64,000 nucleotides of DNA from Heptranchias perlo (lineage: Eukaryota). A program made the position numbers and the translations under genes. The notes beneath the pieces are model-generated. The model worked only from the letters and a program-made list of their open reading frames with translations, had not been told where the DNA came from and did no database searches. The stretch's first letter is position 1, and each line of letters opens with the position of its first letter. Where the stretch lies: the NCBI RefSeq assembly GCF_035084215.1, contig NC_090328.1, positions 86,304,001-86,368,000 on the forward strand, written 5' to 3'. Below are positions 13,175-24,814 of the stretch, in pieces.

Positions 13175-15054
13175 CTATTCGCCCTTGTGCATTCCCTCAG
13201 TGCCTGTCGTTTGGGCGCCTTTTCCTTTCATAGTACTCCTATGAGGTGCACCCCAAGTGGCTGGAGCATGGGTGGTGGAAAGCTGCTGACTTTCAATTGA
13301 GGAGCGTGTAGTTGGCTGTGAAGGATGATCTTGAGCAGCTCTGGGACGGGAGGGCCCGGCTTCAGACTGCACCATCTCAGCCTGGGCTGCAGCAGTCTGG
13401 CCTGGCTGGCTGACAGGCAACAGCAAGGTCACTGGTGGAGAGGTACGGATGGGAGCAGGAATGCTGTCGTCCAGAGAGAGGACAGCAGGGTTGGGTGCCA
13501 CGGTGCCACTGCCACTTGCACAGGGCGGCGCCTCAGCAATCCCGGTAATCTGCTGGAGAACAGATTGCTGGAGTGCTGTGACGTCCTGGAAGCCCCGTTC
13601 CACAGTGGCACCCAGAGCTACGATAGCAGCAGTCTGAGCCTGTAACGCAGCAGTCTGAGCTTCCAAAGCAGCAGTCTGAGCTCCAAATGAAGCGTGCAGA
13701 CCTTTGATTGCATCTGTTTGTGCTGCAATGGAAGCTGAGAGAATCGGACATCAGATGCAGCATCATGGTGGGATCCACAGGTCTGCGGATGGAGGTGACC
13801 ACCAGTTCCATGTGGGAAAGGATGGGCTCCAAGCTCTGCGCAAAGCCCTGTGCCAAGTTGGAGCCGGACTCCTCCATGCCCCTTGACAGTGTGCGCAGGC
13901 TTTCCAATGCACCAAGCATTTGGTTGTGTACGCCCATCAGCCTTCTTCTGTAGCCTGGCCCATCAAAGCCATCATCCGACTCCTCAGCAGCAGAATTAGT
14001 TTGAAACCTCGCTCTCCGGCGAGCTGGCACCTGTGGTATCCATTCCCCCTGCTCTGGCTCATGTGCACTTGTGCTCAGTGTCTCACCACGTGCAGATCCC
14101 TCCTCTAACCTAGCCTCTAAAGCAAGTGCAGTGTCAATATCTGAGCTGGTGGATGCGAGTGTCAGATCAAGTGACAGTGTGGCTTCATTATCACTGCCTT
14201 CTTCCCCCTCCATCTCGGACAGTGCCAACTTCAGTTCTTGGGTATCTACAATGACAAAAGGAGATGGGTTGAGTTGTGGAGAGGGGAGAGGAGCAAGTAA
14301 GACGTGCGCGCTGACACCATCTGCAGCATGTGAGTCAGAAAAGATTGTGGGATGAGGGAGATGTGGGAAACGAAAAGGAGGATTAGGTATCCAGAGATCC
14401 TCATCATCGATACTTCCAGCCGCAGCAATGGTCCACCGAATGATCCCCAGCACGGTCTCCTCCACGGAGGTGAGGACGTGTAGGCGTGCCTGTCCTCCAT
14501 CTGTTCTTTCCTGCTGTCAGCTGTTATGCGCCACCTTCTCCTGCATGACAGACGGAAATGTGTCAGTGAGTGTCCTGCAAGATGTTTAGGTGATGTGCCT
14601 GTCATGGTTGAATAGCTGTCAGTGTTTGTGACCTGTGAGTTGTGGGTGTGTGGATTGCAAGAGTGGTACTGTGTGAGGGTGAGATGCAGCATCTGAAGTG
14701 CAGCATTGCGTACGGATGGAAAGTGTTTGTTGGTGGGTGGGTGACCGGGGGTGTCGTGCGAGGAGCAGTGGTGCAGTTGGTAGGATGTGCTGCTTGACAC
14801 TTGCATTCGCTCACCTTGACCACTCGTGTCAAATCATTGAACTTTTTCCTGCACTGCATCCACATGTGTGGTGCAATGTTCCTGGCATTCATCTCCAAGG
14901 ACACTTCCTCCCACTGCCTCCGCAGCTGGTGTCTGGAGGGTCTCCTGCCACCCTGTAGATACAGGATAGCCCTGCGTGCATCTACCTCCTCCACCAAAGC
15001 CTCCAGTGCGTCATCGGAGAACTTCGGTGCACGCTGTCTTGCAGGTCCAGCCAT
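13175..15054 (-). pseudogene. Harbinger Myb/SANT-like (MSANTD/NAIF1-type) DNA-binding protein gene, three exons
   Basis: Exon 1 15054-14815 is 80 open codons (APKFSDDALEALV..QWEEV..WMQCRKKFNDL) ending AAG|GTGAGC. Exon 2 starts at 14540 after TGCAG (one TGA). Exon 3 starts at 14245 after TTGTAG and runs to MHKGE* with a frameshift near 13740. Confidence 0.85.
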
Positions 15055-15330
15055 TGCACATGTCTTCCTCCACTGATTGCATTGACAGTGCACATCCCCT
15101 TTAAGAGGTGCAGGCTGCCTTTAAGTAGTACTGGCTATGCCCCATATCGGGCCTACTGCTGGTGCGTGCAGCCACTCAATAACGCAGGTAGCGCTGGCTG
15201 CTCACAGCAATCATGGAGATGAGCCAGCAGAATGAATCTCATGCGCTGCCTGCATCTCAATGACCGGGCATGAGTTAATCGCACACCACGACCCCCGCAC
15301 TCAGACTCAGGGGTTAGCGAATTTAACCCC

Positions 15331-17570
15331 CATAGAATAAAAACCATGGGAGATTTCAACTACCCCCAAATAAACTGGCATGAAGGGGTAGGGAAAAGGG
15401 AAAAGGGAATGGAGTTTTTACAATGTGTTCAGGGCTCCTTTCTTACCCAGAACATAAGAAGCCCAACAAGAGAAGAATCAATACTGGATCTAGCAATGGG
15501 AAATGAACAAGAGGAGATAAAAGAAGTCAGCATAGGGGAACATCTAGGCATTAACGATCATAACATAAAGCAAATAGATTTAAAATAATGATTGAGATAG
15601 ACGTAAGAAAGACAAAGACCAAAATAATAGATTGGAAAAAAGTTAATTTTGAGGGGATGAGAATGGAACTAGAGCAGGTAAGCTGGAAAAGAATGTGGAC
15701 AGACAAATAGATAGAACAGCAGTGAGAAATATTTAAAACTCTGATCAATAGAGTTCAAGAGAAATAAATTCCTCTAAAAACAAGAACAAACTAGCCAATA
15801 ATGCAACGCCATGGATGAATGAAGAGATAAGGGTAAACTTGAAACTAAAAAAGGCATACACTAAGTACATAGGCAAAAAAGGAGAGGATGACAAAAGGGA
15901 ATATGATCAGGAAAGAACAAAAAAAAAATTAGGAAAGCAAAGAGGAACTATGAAATTAAATTATCGAGGAATATAAAAAGAAATACTAAAGTATTCTACA
16001 GAAACATAAATAACAAAAGAAAAATCAGGATAGAGATAGGGCCACTAAAGGGTACGCACGATAAACTCACAACTAATGATAGTGAAATGGCAGAAATATT
16101 GAATAGTTATTTTGCCTCAGTATTTACCAGGGAGACTAACAAGGGGATACGACATTAGAAGATCAAAAAAGATATAAAAACATTTAAGATAGAAAGGGGG
16201 GAGATCATTGATAAACTATCAAACTTAGAGAGGATAAAACCTCTGGTCTGGATGGATTGCAACCGTGCATAATAAAAGAAGTTAGGGAAGAGATAGCAGA
16301 GGCACTATTATGTGTATATAAAAATTCATTAGAAAAGGGAATAGTGCCAGAGGACTGGCGGAGAGCTAATATGATTCCTATATTTAAAAGGAGAGAGAGA
16401 ACAAGTCCAGGGAACTATAGACCAGTTAGCTTAACGTTGGTGGTAGGAAAGATAATGGAATCTTTATTCAAAGATGTAATACAAAAACATCTAGGAACCA
16501 AAAATATAATAAAGGGTATTCAGCACAGATTTCAAAAGGGAAAGTCATGCTCAACCAACCTTACTGAATTCTTTGAAGTAACAGAAAGAGTAGACAAGAG
16601 TAATGCAGTAGATGTAATATATTTGGATTTTCAAAAGGCCTTTGAAAAGGTACCACATAGTAGACTCATGACTAGAGTCACAGCATATGGAGTCAGGGGA
16701 GAATGGATAGCAAACTGGCTACAAAACAGAAAACAGGGAGTAGGGGTTAAGGGTAGCTACTCAGACTGACAAAAGGTGGGAAGTGGTGTTCCACAGGGAT
16801 CGGTGTTGTTCACAATTTACATTAATGATTTGGACTGGGAAATTGGAAGTACAATTTCAAAATTTGCAGACGACTCCAAATAAGGGGGTATAGTTAAAAC
16901 AAAGGAAGAATGCGACAAAATACAGGAAGGCATTAATAAACTTGCAGAATTGCTGTGTAAATGGCAAATTAATTTCAATATAGATAAGTGTGATGTGGAC
17001 CAATTTGGTAGGAAAAATAAGAAGGCCACAAACTGCTTGGATACTAAGAGTCTAAATGGTGTAGAGGAGCAAAGGAATCTCGGGGTACAGATACACAAAT
17101 CACTAAAGGCAGCGACACAGGTTAATAAGGCCATTAAGAATGCAAACCAAGCACTGAGGTTCATTTCAAGAGGGATAGAATTCTAAAGCAGTGAAATTAT
17201 GTTAAACTTGTATAGAACCTTGGTTAGACCACACTTGGAGTAGTGTGTACAGTTCTGGTCTCCATATTTAAAATGCATATAGAGGCATTGGAGAAAGTGC
17301 AAAAAAGATTCACAAGGATGATACCAAGGATAGACTTATCAGGAAAGGCTGAACAGGTTGGGGCTCTTTTCTTTCGAAAAGAGGGATGACCTGATAGAGG
17401 TCTTTAAGATTATTGAAAGGGTTTGATAGGGTAGAAATAGAGAAAATATTTCCACTTGTGGAAGTGTCCAAAGATAGATGTCATAAAGATACGATAGTCA
17501 CTAATAAATAGTCACTAATAAACCTAATAGGGAATTCAAGAGAAATTTCTTCACCCAAAGAGGGTAAAGG
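15331..17570 (+). mobile_element. CR1 LINE 'A', continuation (EN C-terminal half and RT), decayed
   Basis: MGDFNYPQINW..PTREESILDL..NDH; NYRPVSLT; YLDFQKAFEKVPH; FADD; RNFFTQR. Same A-rich composition as 8843-9503. Confidence 0.9.
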
Positions 17571-17995
17571 ATAGTGTCCTAATTCACTGCACCATCCATT
17601 GTGTTGAATGTGGAGACAAACTTCAAAGTAGAAGTGACCTGAATTGCGCTCATTTTGGGCTAATCAACAAAATATTTGAACTTTGCCTGGCGCAAAAACT
17701 TGTAAGAAGCAAGTTTTCAGATATTGGAAGGTTTGGTGATATTAGAACATTAGAACATTAGAATAGCAGTGCTGTGTGGTTTGACATAGTTGTCCACTGG
17801 GGACTGATGTTGCTATTGTTTCCGATGTTGGAACCAGGTTGGTAAAGATGTTATAAAAACACCAATAAAACTCATAAATGCAGGGTGAGGAAGGGTAGTT
17901 ATCCAACTAATGTGAGCCATATTTCAGTTTCTATATACTTGGGAACCCAGCAGACCTGTCATTCATAAATCCAGCTCAGCTGATATTAACAAGAC

Positions 17996-18454
17996 GAAAA
18001 AAAGAAAAAAAAAGAAAAGGAAGGCTTGCGTTTATAAAGCACCTTTCACAATTTCAGGACATCGCAAAACGTTTTATACACAATGAAGTACTTTTGAAGT
18101 ATAATCACATTTGTTATGTAGGAAACACGGCAGCTAATTTGCGCACTGCAAGGTCCCACAAACAGCATGTGATAATGACCAGGTACTCTGTTTTTAGGTG
18201 TTGATTGAGGGATAAATGTTGGCTAGGACACCAAGAAATCTCCCCTGCTCTTCTTCAAATAGTGCCAGGAGATGTTTAATGGTCCACCTGAGAAGGCAGA
18301 CGGGACCTGTGTTTATCATCTCATCCGAAAGACGACACCTCCAATAGTGCAGCCCTCAGTACTGCACTGAAGTACGAGCCTAGATTATGTGGGCTTGAAC
18401 CCACGAGCTTCTGACTCAGAGGCGAGAGTGCTAATACTGAGCCACAGCTGATAC
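17996..18454 (-). mobile_element. Full-length tRNA-derived Deu-type SINE
   Basis: Minus-strand head TGGCTCAGT (A box) and GGTTCAAGCCC (B box), conserved core TGCAGTACTGAGGG..TCTTTCGGATGAGA, L2-like tail and TC-rich end. Confidence 0.85.
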
Positions 18455-18659
18455 GTTGGCTTGTCTTATTGGCTATTAGACCTTGCAAATTTAGAAAAAA
18501 TACTTTTTCCATCTGATTCCTTCCTACCACATGCTTCCAGATCAGCAATGACTAGCGCAGATAACTTTACCTTTGATGTCATTGCTGAGCCAACTCACCT
18601 CACTGCCACTCCCTCCGATTTTGCCACTGCTTATTCTCGTGTTACAATTTGATTCATCA

Positions 18660-19830
18660 GGGGGCTGTTTTCAACTGGAGTGCACATCGGGCGGATGGAG
18701 AAATTGCAATGCCCACCTAATGGCTCCAGCGAGAGGTTCAAATCATTTTCATGATCAGTCCTCATTTAAATATTTTGGGCCTCATTTAAATATTTTGCAT
18801 GACCTGCCAGTTCCTAGTGAGTGCACACAGGCAGCTCACTGCTGCGGGAGGGGGTCAACAAATCTGACGGCTCCTTTGTGGAGCTGAGCTGGAAGTCAGA
18901 TCCTGAGTGGGGGGGAGGAGACAAACCAGGAGGGATGGCCACTGAGCAGTCCCTTTAAGGACCACTGGCTGTGCTACTGAGCACCTGGTACAATGGGTGA
19001 AGCACATGCTCCATTCATTGGTACTTGAAAATTGCAGTGGGGTCCTACAACCGGCATGGGACCCCCATTTAAATATTTTAATAAGGCTCCCACCTGTTTC
19101 CCAAGGTGAACAGAAGACTGCAGTACACAAATGATAATTGACAGAAAATCAGGCACACGGCTCCAAATTTTTCTGCTAGCATTCCCTGCGACCGTCATTC
19201 TGCGCCAGAGGTGCCTACTCGTGGAAACAGCCCTAATGGCTGGGTTTCTCCTCTTGAGGGCGAGACTTTTGCCAACTCTTCCAAATTTGCTCCAACCCAC
19301 ATCCATTTCTCTGGGTCTAGGTCCTCTTCACAGCCCCAGGAAGCAGTAGTAACATGGGCGAATTGGAGAGAAGTCTGCTGAGACCTGGATCCCATCCCCT
19401 CATTGCCATTTATGTGTGGTGGGCATGGAGCAAAAGGCCAGTGGAAATCCTGACAAGGATGGGGTGAGGGAAATATAGGACAGACAGCGGTAAGCATCTC
19501 TGCCCACATTTTCCTTCATTCTATGCTGCTATCCCTCCCGAGTTCAGCCAGAATCACAGGGGAGAATCCCGGCCAAGATGTGCATAAGATATGAAGTATT
19601 TTTTCTTTTCATGTTTTTTTATCTGTGAATGCATTTGAGAGCTTGGCAGTCTCCTGGCTTTAGTTTAAAAAGATTGGCCGCAATTTTACCTCCGGGCAGG
19701 TTTTGGGTGGGTGGTGGTGAGGTGAGTTGGAAACTGTTCCAGAAATGAGGCCTGGGCTATTTTAACTCCCATCTTGCCAGCCGACTTCCCACTCAGAACG
19801 GGCGCGAAATCAGTGGGAAGCAGCTGACAT
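18660..19830. mobile_element. Cluster of degraded MITE-like GC-rich repeats
   Basis: Several Harbinger-like termini (GGGGCTGTTTTC 18660, GAAAATCAGGC 19144, GAATCCCGGCC 19564, GGCCGCAATTTTAC 19677) and CCCTTTAAG; individual boundaries unresolved. Confidence 0.35.
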
Positions 19831-20149
19831 CAATAATGCTTATTGTGAAAAAGCTGGAGGGAACTGACTAATCACATTCTTCAAAGAAAGCAAGTTAGAT
19901 GTTCCAAGAGCAAATGTGATCCGGATCATGGAGGTAACCTGTAAAAACAAGTAATTAAAGTCCAAACAAGATGGTTAATACTCCTATCTATTTCACCAGT
20001 GAGTCATAGAATCAATAGAAAAGGTGCTTGTCATCCATTAAATATATTTCAAGCCCTCAGGTACATAATGTTTAGCCCACATGGGTAATTTTTCTACAAT
20101 ATTGTTCTCTCCTTGAGGTGAGACAGATACTGTTGTTCTAAAACATGAT

Positions 20150-21040
20150 GGGCACAATTTTAAAAGTGAATAACAGGTGGGTTGGGAGCTGGGGGGCATT
20201 CAAATTCGAATCATTTCAGACCCACCTCAAACCCGCCCTTTTCCGGTTTTCACCAGGGCGGGATGAGGGGCAGGTGATGAACCCACTCCCAGGATGCGGG
20301 TCGGACCTTTAAACCTTTCAGGGAGAGTGTGGGCCTCCATTTTTCCACAGTTTCCGATTTCAACCCCGGGGGGCTGGGATTCCCGGGCCTTCTCTTTCAC
20401 ACCACATGAAAGGAGGTGAGAAGGCCTGAGACTAACAGGTAGGTGCCTTTCTGGCACAGCTTGTGGGCCCGGAGGAGCAGGAGTGCTTCCCCCAGGCCCA
20501 ACAAGCCGACCTGTAGCGACCCCCGCAACGATCGCGGACCCCCACCCCCAATCCCCAATCCCCTCCACAACGATCGCGGACCCCCGATCCCGAACCCTGA
20601 TTCCCCCAACGATCGTGGACTCTCGCGATGAACCCCGACTCCCCCCAACGATCGTGGACTCCCGCGATGAACCCCGACTCCCCCCAACAATCGCGGACCC
20701 CCGCGATGACCCCCGATCCCTCCCCCCATGACTGATTCCCCCTGTGACCCTTGTGCCAACCCATGCCTCCATGCCAGCCCATGCCCCCGCCAACCCATGC
20801 CCTCCCCCCCCCATCCATATAAACAAAGACTTACCTGAAGACGTCCTCTTCCTGGCTGCTCTCCCATGTGACTGAGACTAACCAGTCAATCAGGCCGGTC
20901 AGTCGGACAGGAAACCAACAAAAAAAAAGACGTCCTTACGTTAAAATCGTAAGGTCATCCAGGGATCCTGCACTTCCGGGTTTCCAGTCTGCAATTTGAC
21001 ACCACCGCCCCCTTCCCGGCTCGGAGTCAAAATCATGCCC
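20150..21040. mobile_element. Complete Harbinger-type MITE (family A) with TIRs and 3-bp TSD
   Basis: GGGCACAATTTTAA ... TCAAAATCATGCCC (imperfect 14-bp TIR); GAT on both sides (20147-20149, 21041-21043); no coding homology. Confidence 0.85.
20515..20720. repeat. C-rich ~39-bp tandem repeat inside the MITE
   Basis: Repeated CCCCAACGATCG(C/T)GGAC(T/C)CCCGCGATGAACCCCGA units with a CGATCG palindrome, about five degenerate copies. Confidence 0.85.
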
Positions 21041-21739
21041 GATATCTTTGTTAAAGTTTCAATCTAAATTCATGAAGTCAGGAATCTTGGAATAGCAAGA
21101 ATGTAACTTTAACAAATGCCTACCAAACTGCTCATTAAACTCTTACCAGCAAAAGTATCATTATAGTTTGCTGGATTTACATAATATTGCAATAAAGAAA
21201 GACTTGTTGCTTCCAGAAGTGAAGGGGGTGATAACACAGATGAAGGTGGGGGAGGTTAGGACCTCTATCCCCACAGCATGAAAAGGGTGCACAAGGAGAG
21301 AAGCGCATGGAACAGAAGAGCCAACAGCCAACAGCCAGAGAAAGGAGACAATTTATAGCCTAGTGGTTTCAATAAGCAAAAGTTGACACACTGAGTAAAG
21401 TCACTTCACACGTCTGTAGTCTCCCTCCACCCCACCACCCTCAAAAAGTCCCTCATTGTCAAATCTTTCAGCCTATTTCTTTCATTAGACAAAAGTTTAC
21501 ATTTCCTCTGCTATCCTCCAACTCCAAAAAGTTGCAAGCATACACAGAAATGAACTCAGAGCCTTATGTAGTCAAGACATGATTACTTTGCAGAACAACG
21601 TTCACCAAAAGGTATCAAAAAATCTATTCACTCTTTCTACAGCTACTTCTTAACAGTATGTCTCTCCTTTATGCCAGCAAATTTACTTGCTTGAGCTCCT
21701 AATCTCCTAATTCTATGAAGTGCTCTCTGAGTGAGATAA

Positions 21740-22570
21740 GGTTGAGTGGTTGACTTTCATCTGAGTGAAGCAGTTGTCCCAGAGGGACCAGCTTTCAGCA
21801 GCCATTCTTCTGCTGTGTCAAGGGATGGCGCGCTCATGTTTGAAACTAGTCTCATGTGCAGGCATTGGAAGGGGCCCATTGGTACTTTCCAGAGAGACAG
21901 CGACATCTGCGACTATTTTTTGCACTCCATGGTGTAGGGCAGAGGCTGTGAGTGCTAAAGTGTCATTACAGACTGAAAAATCCCAATCAGGTCTTGGAAG
22001 TATTGTGCAAATATGATGTTGCGAGCTGACTCTCAAGGCATCTATTGAAGCAGTGACAGCTGCCACTCTGAAAGCTACCAGTGTCCTTACTACCTCCTCC
22101 TGGCACCTTGTTGCTGCAGAAATTTCTTGGACTGTCACTCTCTTCGGGGTGTTCTGCACATCATGAAAAACCTTCTGCAAGGTGTTGCAGATGCATTTAG
22201 TGGACTCCTCTCACTTCATCATCTCAACCATATGCATGGAAACCATCTCCATTGCCTGCACATGAGATCAATGCTCCCTAATCATAGCTCTTCTAAAGAA
22301 TGTGCCCCTGGGATCTGGGTCCATGGGCTCTTCAGCCGAGGCTGGCTGTTTCTCCACTCTCCCTCTCCTTCAGTCCTAGATCCTTTTTAGTGCTCGGCGC
22401 TTCACCCAATGAAAGCCCTGTTGATTCACTAATTACCTTCTCCCATGTGGATACCTTTGGGCTGGTGCTGGAGTACGTGGTATGCCATGACAGAGTTGGT
22501 GAAGACGTGGTAGTAGTTGTTGATCATGACGTGGCACAAGTTGTGGATTTGGAAGTTCAGAGTAGCTAGC
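21740..22570 (-). pseudogene. Probable diverged Harbinger Myb-gene last-exon remnant
   Basis: Minus strand DPRGTFFRRAMIREH..EESTKCICNTLQKVF parallels DGPGYRRRLMGVH..MEESGSNLAQGF in exon 3 of the 13175-15054 gene. Similarity is weak and judged by eye. Confidence 0.4.
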
Positions 22571-22579
22571 ATTTTCCTC

Positions 22580-23438
22580 TAAGGCATAAGCATAAAATTA
22601 CAAAGAGACATTGATAGATTAAGTGAGCGGGCAAAACTGTGGCAGAAGGATTTCAACTCAGGTAAGTGTGAGGTGATTCATATTGGACCAAAAAAGGATA
22701 GATCTGAGTATTTTTGAAATGGTGAAAAGCTAGGAACAGTGGAGGTCCAAAGAGATTTAGGAGGCTATGTACACAGATAACTAAATTGTGGTAGTCAGGT
22801 ACAAAAAATAATCAAAAAGGGTAATGGAATGTTACTCCTTATAACTAGAGGGCTAGAATATAAAGGGGAGGAAGTTTTGCCTCAGCTATACAAAGCCCTG
22901 GTTAGACCAGATCTGAAGTACTGTGCACAGTTCTGGGCACTGCACCTTAGAAAGGATATATTGGCCTCGGAAGGAGTGCAGCACAGATTCATCAGAATGT
23001 TACCAGGGCTCCAAGTGTTAGATTATGAGGAGAGATTACATAAACTAGGCTTGTATTCCCTGAAATATAGAAGGTTAAGGGGTGATTTGATTGAGGTTTT
23101 TAGGATTTTGAAAGGAATTGATAAGGTAGATAGAAACTTTTTCCACTGGTGGGGGAGTCTAGGACAAGGGGACATAACCTTATAATCAGAGCCAGGCCAT
23201 TCAGGAAAGAAGTTAGGAAACACTTCTTCACGCAAAGAGTAGTAGAAGTGTGGAGCTCTATCCCACAAAAAGCAGGAGATGCTAGCTCAATTAATAATTT
23301 TAAATCTGAGATCGATAGATTTTTGCTAGCCAAGGATATTAAGGGATATGGAACCAAGGCAGGTGGATGGAGTTAAGATACAGATCGGCTATGATCTCAT
23401 TGAATGGCCTACTGCTGTTCCTATGTTCCTATGTTCCT
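22580..23438 (+). mobile_element. CR1 LINE 3' fragment
   Basis: LYKALVRPDLKYCAQFW..RRLRGDLIEVF..FFTQRVVEVW and a (GTTCCTAT)n tail. Confidence 0.92.
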
Positions 23439-23457
23439 GGAAGAGCTGTGCAAACAG

Positions 23458-23555
23458 TGGAGTAGATCTTGACTTTATGCGATAGTGTAAAACGGGTGAT
23501 AGCGAGTTAGCAGCCCATTTTACATTTCTTCCGATTTTTATTTCCATTGACTTCA
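23458..23555. repeat. End fragment of a short MITE-like repeat; an inverted copy lies at 32377-32431
   Basis: GAGTAGATCTTGACTTTATGCGATAGTGTAAAACGGGTGATAGCGA aligns with the reverse complement of 32377-32431 (GGGTAATTTTGACTTTGTGCGAAAGTGTAAATGGGTAATAGCGA). Confidence 0.65.
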
Positions 23556-23669
23556 AGGGATATGGAGCTAAGGCAGGTAAATGGAGTTGAGGTACACATC
23601 AGCCATGATCTAAATGAACGGTGGAGCAGACTCGAAGGGCTGAATGGCCCACTCCTGTTCCTATGTTCC
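23555..23669 (+). mobile_element. Short CR1 3'-end insertion
   Basis: AAGGGATATGG..GGAGTTGAGG..CAGCCATGATCT..GGGCTGAATGGCC..GTTCCTATGTTCC, as at 23341-23438 and 45691-45805. Confidence 0.8.
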
Positions 23670-24814
23670 AACCTTGTCTTGCCAACTCCCCTACCTGTCT
23701 GCCTATTATCTGCAGAGCTTCCTATTCATGTGGATTCAGGGTTTTCAGTATTGGTGATCATTCCTCAGTTGCTGTTCTCTGTTGATGGTTATGTGCAACC
23801 TTTTCCTTTGCAGGGAGAGAACACAATGTTAAAGGAATATGAATAGCAAGGATACTTGTTTCCCCCATATGAGCGCATGTATCCAATGATGATCAGAGCT
23901 GCAGGAGCACTGTCTTTTCAAATGAACTTCCCTTCAAGATTAGCAGAACCTCTTGTGGCAGGAAATTTGTGTTCACAGAGTACTTTTGAATTAAGATAGT
24001 ATTGCAGTGATTCAGAAGTTTTCCTTTGCATAATTCAGTTTCCCTCACACCTATTTGATGATATAGAAAGAGCATGAGATAAAGAGGTGAGTGAAACCTC
24101 TATCATTGATACAGGATGTGCATCGAGAACAGTGGCTTGACTTACCTTGGCCACCCTTATGAGGTCACTGAACCTCTTTCTGCATTGTGTGGCAGTTCTT
24201 GGAGTAGTGGAGGCTGCATTGACTGCTTCCGTAATCTCCCTCGATACCTCTCTCTTACGGAGCTATGTTCCCTCAGCCCCCACCAGTTGATCCTTTCTGG
24301 CCCTTACTTCAGCCAGTAAAACCTCCATGGATGTATTTGAGAAACTTGGAGCCCTGCCTGCTGCTGACTTCCCCTACCCCAAGGCTGCTGCTCCTTCAGA
24401 CATTTTTCCACTGTGGCTCCAGCTCTGTAAAAAGTCATTAGTTGTTTTAAATGCTAAAGAACCACGCTATTTATTTCCCTACCAGAAGCAATATTGCCGC
24501 TCCTAAGCTGCCCTGCGTGTATAATTAGGGTCCCAAGAGAAAAATTGAGTGAGTTAGCAGCTGAATCACATGGGTGGGCAGAAATCTCATCCCATCATGA
24601 ACCTCTCAATGAGAGGAGAATCCAGCCCATGGTGTAGGACGGAAGGTTTTAGATTTTGGGGCATTGAGATGAGTTCTGGGACAAAGGGTGGCTTTATAAA
24701 CAGGATGGCCTTGACCTGAGCCATCTGGACACTAATATACTGGTAGGCAGGATATTATGGAACACTTAAAGGTCAGGATATAAACAGCATATAATTAAAC
24801 CACATAGTAAGCAC

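Larger units (their letters stand above)
12453..15330. mobile_element. PIF/Harbinger DNA transposon, left end deleted; convergent transposase and Myb/SANT genes
   Basis: Transposase remnant on +, three-exon Myb-like gene on -, polyA-like AATAAA between them (~13098), right terminus GAATTTAACCCC at 15330 after which CR1 'A' resumes. Confidence 0.9.

Noticed and set aside
17494-17765. Small tandem duplications (ATAGTCACTAATAA x2, ATTAGAAC x3)
   Set aside because: Ordinary slippage or LINE-tail remnants.
18380-18454. tRNA-like sequences (also 49727-49800, 57252-57325)
   Set aside because: SINE heads with A/B boxes continuing into SINE body; no complete cloverleaf.
20227-20867. Overlapping 128-199 aa Gly/Pro-rich ORFs
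   Set aside because: Artefacts of a GC-rich tandem repeat inside a MITE; no domain motifs.
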